A stretch of 64,000 nt of DNA, from positions 1 through 64,000 of the IMG/VR virus record IMGVR_UViG_3300042691_015370. One strand, given 5' to 3'. Within the stretch, counting starts at the first letter, position 1; every line of letters starts with the position of its first letter. Below, piece by piece: positions 61,087 to 64,000 of the stretch. Source of the DNA: a virus. The position numbers were made by a program, and so were the translations under genes. Under the pieces are notes generated by a model that saw nothing but the letters and a program-made list of their open reading frames with translations, did not search any database and had not been told where the DNA came from.

Positions 61087-62934
61087 TCATCCATCATGTA
61101 CCTTTGCTTCTGGTGGTGAATAAATAGGACATATGTCGCTATAGGAACAGATGCCACAGGTGTCTCCAGAGATATCTGGAACATAGACGTCAAGCTCAAC
61201 TGCTTTAGCAATCTGATCTAGACAGAACAACATGCGGTCATAATCTTGTTGTGACCTTGCACCTACAGGATATTCCTTGGCGTTTCTGAGGTCATACCAT
61301 ACTCCGACTATCTCATGGTCCTTGTACTGCTCGTACAACTCTTCACCATTGGCAAAGCCTTTGTACTTTTCCTTCTCTGGCTCATAACCGCACCAAAACT
61401 GCTTCTGCTGAACAGCGTATGTGTAGGCGCTGTTGCCAGTGAAATATACCGTACCATTGCGCCTAGCTAGCCAAGTGCCATTACTAGTAGTCGGGCACCA
61501 TACTTTGCCAGTATATGTGACTATAGATTGCTTCTTTTTTGAAGGTATAAAGTTAGAGCGTCCCTCTTTAAGAACGAGAGTCCATATATCAGAATCTGCA
61601 TAAACACCTTTCCCGCCAAGCTTACGATGAGATAAACTAGTTCTGATGCCAGCTAGTTGACACGCAATGGCGAAGGCATCCAACCGAGAACGCAGAGACT
61701 GTGTAATGGTCCTTACTCCCGTAGGTCCTTTGTGACCATCGGCACGGATAGATACATCAATAAACAACCGAAGCTGATCCTCGGTTAAAGAGGTAATAAA
61801 ATCAGAGGACAAAACCTTGTCTTGCAAATCTTCAAAGGCCACATAAAGCTCAAGTGAGGCTGTTCTATTCAAGTAGAACCTGTTGGCGTCATCAGCGGGA
61901 ACAACTCGCCACGCCGGAAATGGCAGAGACTGCCTTCCATTCCTCATGCATTCTGATGGTGGTCCCCATAAGCTTTCAAGAGTTTTGTATATATCCTCAT
62001 AATCCGAGCCACTCTTTTGCGCTAAGGACAATGACCCGCCAGCCCTAACGTGACCCTCAGTCCAAAACCAACCAACCAAAGCAACAAAGTCATCATCATA
62101 TTTAGCAGTATCTGGCAGATTTGAAACCCTACGTCCACACGGAATCGAATCACGGCTAGTTAGGGCATCTGAGGTTACTACTCGCTTTTCTTTCCTCCAG
62201 CTACCACGAGATGAGATGGTATGATTAACGTACCATCTGTGATTCTTGGTCGTTAAAGAAGAGTGCGACAAACCCTCAATTGATACAAGCTCTTGATCAA
62301 TAGCATCAAAGACATTCACACTAAGGGCAGGTTGCCACTCCGCTAGGTCAGTTTCTGCATTGTAGGTAAGAACATCCTCGCCCTCAACAACATCTTGGTA
62401 CGTTTTCCAGCCTCTACGGGTCAAAATTTGGGTTTCGCTATCAGCGCAGAACTGGATGTCGAAGCCTAAGTTCGTTTTGTTGGGCCGCTGACCAGTCTTG
62501 AGGTCCACTACCTTCAGTTGCTTGGAACCTTTGACTGTTTCAAGGATGTCTACAATCCCAGAAAGTTGATGGTCACCAATGTCAACACAGAACCTGTGCT
62601 CTGTGGCGATCACCTCACGCTCAACCCACTTGCAGTTCTCGTGATACTCACGAATGAACTTCAGCCCACGTTCCCGATAGTCCTCATGTGAGGTTCTTGG
62701 AAAATAGAACTTCGGCTCAATGTCGAACTCTTCTGGGTTGTCCCAAGCATACAGGAAAGAATGCTCTGCATCCTCAAGCTTCTTTGTGTTGTTGTAGATC
62801 TCCAGAGCCATATGCACAGCAGTACCAAAAGAGGCAGCAGCATTCTGAATCTGTGGCCGTTGCTCTACATAATTGAATCGCCACTGCAAGCTGCAATTCA
62901 TGAAGGAACGGATCATAGATGGGCTAAACTTCAT
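61087..62934 (-). CDS. Cas4/RecB-like PD-(D/E)xK exonuclease precursor with intein
   Basis: SPS......C, GTAVH.ALE, E, G.VD, VDLKTG, Q-F/S-A-Y split by the intein, C-x2-C-x5-C. Confidence 0.9.
   Translation of the reverse strand: MKFSPSMIRSFMNCSLQWRFNYVEQRPQIQNAAASFGTAVHMALEIYNNTKKLEDAEHSFLYAWDNPEEFDIEPKFYFPRTSHEDYRERGLKFIREYHENCKWVEREVIATEHRFCVDIGDHQLSGIVDILETVKGSKQLKVVDLKTGQRPNKTNLGFDIQFCADSETQILTRRGWKTYQDVVEGEDVLTYNAETDLAEWQPALSVNVFDAIDQELVSIEGLSHSSLTTKNHRWYVNHTISSRGSWRKEKRVVTSDALTSRDSIPCGRRVSNLPDTAKYDDDFVALVGWFWTEGHVRAGGSLSLAQKSGSDYEDIYKTLESLWGPPSECMRNGRQSLPFPAWRVVPADDANRFYLNRTASLELYVAFEDLQDKVLSSDFITSLTEDQLRLFIDVSIRADGHKGPTGVRTITQSLRSRLDAFAIACQLAGIRTSLSHRKLGGKGVYADSDIWTLVLKEGRSNFIPSKKKQSIVTYTGKVWCPTTSNGTWLARRNGTVYFTGNSAYTYAVQQKQFWCGYEPEKEKYKGFANGEELYEQYKDHEIVGVWYDLRNAKEYPVGARSQQDYDRMLFCLDQIAKAVELDVYVPDISGDTCGICSYSDICPIYSPPEAKVHDG
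61432..62448 (-). mobile_element. Intein (339 aa) with LAGLIDADG-type homing endonuclease
   Basis: N-term CADSETQILT..GWK, block B T.NHRW, LVGWFWTEG and FIDVSIRADG, C-term VWC....GT.LARRNG...TGN followed by Ser+1. Confidence 0.93.
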
Positions 62935-63164
62935 TCACACCCCGCTAAGAAAAGAATCTCTACATCATTCAATTCAAGTTCCTTTGCAATCTTCACGAAC
63001 GTATCGACTGGTGGTTTTGAGCCACCGCTTTCAATCTTAGAGATGTAAGATGGAGACAGGCCACAGGCAGTAGACAGGGAACGAGCAGAGATGCCCTTCT
63101 CCGTTCTCATCAACTTAAGGACCGCACTAAAGGGCAGACCTGTTGCCTTAGCAAAGTCAATCAT
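62931..63164 (-). CDS. XRE-family HTH regulator
   Basis: LK.MR..KGIS.R.LS...GLS.SYISKIE.G...P......IA..L. Confidence 0.9.
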   Translation of the reverse strand: MIDFAKATGLPFSAVLKLMRTEKGISARSLSTACGLSPSYISKIESGGSKPPVDTFVKIAKELELNDVEILFLAGCE

Positions 63165-63583
63165 TTCACCAGAACCTTGGCACAGCCCAGACACTCCCAG
63201 CCTTGTGAGTCTTCTTTATAGACACCACCATAAACCGATAGGTGCGGACACTCTTCCACGAAATTGAACTTATCTGGTAACTTGTTCAAACCCTTCATGG
63301 GAGCCATGAAATACTCTCCCACATTGATCATAAGATCAGCACGAATCCAACCAATCAGTACGCCATTGTCAATACCGAGGACCATTATATCGGCATATGG
63401 AGCGCCAGTATGTAGCATCGAACCGTGAATTTCACCATAAGCTGGAGCCACTTTGTGACCCGTATTATCGGTCAGGATCACACCCTCGTTGCAAAAATCA
63501 TCAACCTGCAAATTGACGCAATACTTGTTCACGAACGAGTCGATAACTTTTCTTTGGTTCGGATCGGTGTTGATGTTACGCAC
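63161..63583 (-). CDS. Hypothetical protein
   Basis: Tiled ORF. Confidence 0.65.
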   Translation of the reverse strand: MRNINTDPNQRKVIDSFVNKYCVNLQVDDFCNEGVILTDNTGHKVAPAYGEIHGSMLHTGAPYADIMVLGIDNGVLIGWIRADLMINVGEYFMAPMKGLNKLPDKFNFVEECPHLSVYGGVYKEDSQGWECLGCAKVLVK

Positions 63584-63908
63584 TCGGCAATTTTACCAGA
63601 TCCGCTCCAGTGACAGGAGTTAAGGCTTCGATGTGGCGTCCGAGAAATCTCCCGGCAGCGCCGACTGGCTCAAATCTTCTCACAAAAGGAGGAAAGAAAA
63701 AGTCAAACAAGTGGAAGGTGAGCAGTAGCCACATGAAGATTACCGGCCAGCGACGCACTGGATGCTGTAGGGCATACCTAAAGGCTGAAGACATCGTGTA
63801 GTAGTCACACTTGCCACGATGCTCTTGTATAACCAGCATTGAGTCCATAACAAGCACATAGATAGTTAACCCGGCCCAAGCATAACCGGCAGGACGTAGC
63901 TGAGCCAT
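63576..63908 (-). CDS. Membrane protein of a type common in actinophages
   Basis: AW.GL..YV...D, TMS.AF, HP..RW, HL. Confidence 0.65.
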   Translation of the reverse strand: MAQLRPAGYAWAGLTIYVLVMDSMLVIQEHRGKCDYYTMSSAFRYALQHPVRRWPVIFMWLLLTFHLFDFFFPPFVRRFEPVGAAGRFLGRHIEALTPVTGADLVKLPSA

Positions 63909-64000
63909 CAGATCATACCAACCTTCCAGCCCCCCAAACTTCCTGCACGGAACTGATAATCATAGATGCGTGGGTATGACCAATCAGGACCATGCGGTTC

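Larger units (their letters stand above)
1..64000. mobile_element. Segment of a large dsDNA phage genome (probable actinophage), early/accessory arm plus replication arm
   Basis: More than 120 short, tightly packed genes with ATGA/TGATG overlaps in two convergent arms; rIIA/rIIB, primase-helicase, HNH, tRNAs and WhiB; no host housekeeping operons. Confidence 0.95.

Noticed and set aside
1-64000. CRISPR array, diversity-generating retroelement or retron
   Set aside because: No repeat-spacer periodicity, no reverse transcriptase, and no template/variable repeat pair seen by eye. The Cas4-like gene lies in a recombination module.

Overview
This is a 64-kb internal segment of a large dsDNA bacteriophage, most likely an actinophage. 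Three WhiB-like genes, DnaE and NusG point to an actinobacterial host, and one gene resembles a family I associate with Acidimicrobiia. No capsid, tail, terminase or integrase genes were recognised. From 1 to 44.2 kb is a densely packed + strand arm of small early/accessory genes. It carries a tRNA/ncRNA cluster (Arg-TCT, Tyr-GTA, Leu-CAA, a D-armless pseudoknotted Ile-TAT tRNA-like gene and a ~360-nt structured non-coding RNA), a macrodomain, a deaminase and rIIA/rIIB. It also carries an unusual block of RapZ-C, DUF6744-like, RuvB, HNH, Ku, WhiB, NusG, ATP-dependent ligase, RavA-like AAA+ and vWA genes. From 44.2 to 64 kb is a convergent - strand replication/recombination arm: RecA, DnaE, a GH26-like hydrolase, DUF5664, HNH, WhiB, primase-helicase, tRNA-Asn, SSB, a Sak4-like ATPase, an intein-split Cas4/RecB-like nuclease and an XRE regulator. 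The most novel candidates are the pseudoknotted tRNA-Ile(UAU)-like RNA, several structured RNAs flush against tRNAs, and the Ku/ligase/RuvB/NusG/AAA-vWA island. All protein calls come from motif recognition by eye and all RNA folds are hand-derived; no searches were run.
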